Of a DNA stretch of 64,000 bases, positions 62,830-64,000 are shown one piece after another. The first letter of the stretch is position 1, and each line of letters starts with the position of its first letter. The stretch lies in assembly GCA_000182565.2 (NCBI GenBank), contig KQ257454.1, one strand, 5' to 3'. Both the position numbers and the translations under genes were made by a program. The stretch comes from Spizellomyces punctatus DAOM BR117. Lineage: Eukaryota. Under the pieces are notes generated by a model that saw only the letters and a program-made list of their open reading frames with translations, did no database searches and was not told where the DNA came from.

Positions 62830-64000
62830 TCAAGCTTTGCTACCACTACCAAGGGCCTCCAATTGCTTCATAAAAGCCTTTGGCGTGACCAATTCGGTTG
62901 ATCCATATGTAATCCGCTTTCGCTGCACGGACGCTCGCTATTCAAAACACATTCATTACTATGGCCAACATGTTTCGGTCATCAACGTACTAAGCGTACC
63001 TGAGTGTACTCTGTTAGGTTTTGGTACTCCAGATAATTTCCACCCCCCACAACAAACACGATGGCCTCCTGGAAAGGCGTTCGACTACGCTGCTGCTTAG
63101 GAGCAGCACCCCGTGGCAGTTTGGGGTCCAGATAAAGATACTCCTCCGTGTCGGGTCCATCTTTGTGTTCCATCATCGCATCCACTATCCGAGTCGCAGG
63201 GCAGTCCTTGCGAAGAGGGAGCAAATTCTTCACACCAGACACCAAGTTCTCAAAATGGCCAGACACCCCCGCATCTTTCAAATGATCGGTAAGCTACAGT
63301 ATCGTTACACATTTAGTCCGTGAACAAGAAGTGCACCATAACATACGCCTGCACCTTAGACCCAATTGAAGTAAATCTGCCCAGTAGATCATTAGCCGCT
63401 GATTGCTGTGGTGGAGGCACATTCGCAACAGTATTCATTCGGGAGAATGCCCGTACCCTTGTAATATCACAAAGCCTTGGTTACACGGGTGACGGTCGGC
63501 CAGCACAGACTGTTTACTCACTGTTTGAGATAGTGAACGGCGTTCACGTTACAACCCGCTTCTGCTAAGGCAGTCTCGTATTCGCCCAGATCTTCTTTTG
63601 AGACAGCTTCGGTAGACAGATAGTAGACACTGAACAGTCGAAGTTTATCGTCGGGAGATTTCTTCGGATCTCTTATGGCTTCCATTATGTTGCCCTTACT
63701 CTGCATATTTCGGTGCCATTGTTACAGACAGCTTCTTATTGCCAATTTCTCAGTCTACGACGATACCTGTTTTGAAATGGACTCCTCCATGGAGAAGAAC
63801 TGATCGAGATGTCGCTCCTGAATCGTCCGTAGCAAGGCCGTTGCAATGTTCATATGCATATCCAATAGCCTCTTTCGCTCCGTCAATTCCGGCAGTTGCT
63901 TAATTGCTGACGTCAGTCCTTTGGCACCGCTGCTAAAATCACTATAGACGATGGAAGTTAACAACGGTCATGTCGCCAGGCATTTGATAAAGCCCTCACT
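62830..64000 (-). CDS. SLY1: Sec1/Munc18-family protein Sly1 (3' part, runs off the window)
   Basis: LPELTERKRLLDMHMNIATALL, DKLRLF, GVKNLLP, YLYLDPK, EAIVFVVGGGNYLEYQNL and ITYGSTEL. Confidence 0.95.

Overview
Gene-dense, intron-rich eukaryotic DNA. Introns are mostly 50-70 nt GT..AG with CTAAC/CTGAC branch points, so the ORF track shows only exon fragments. It contains about 38 protein-coding genes, many in head-to-head pairs, and one tRNA-Ile(AAT). Fungal-type housekeeping genes (ATG3, RAE1, GCN3, MAM33, PEX13, RPB5, COX19, SLY1, YSC84, TMA16) sit beside motile-cilium genes (CFAP58, ROPN1L/RSP11, ARMC2) and the gamma-secretase subunit PEN-2, which suggests a zoosporic fungus such as a chytrid (inference). 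Most notable: (1) a secreted oomycete-type transglutaminase elicitor homolog with a Pep-13-like motif and Asp in place of the catalytic His; (2) an SF3A1/Prp21 gene containing only the C-terminal half, about 2 kb from SF3A3/Prp9; (3) a tandem AAA ATPase whose Walker B motifs both lack the catalytic Glu (DD, DQ); (4) a divergent tri-longin protein; (5) an oversized, structured RPS23 intron; (6) a ~220 bp tandem duplication upstream of a C2H2 transcription factor; (7) candidate spliced transcripts without long ORFs. Exon boundaries were read by eye and family calls come from motif recognition, not database searches.
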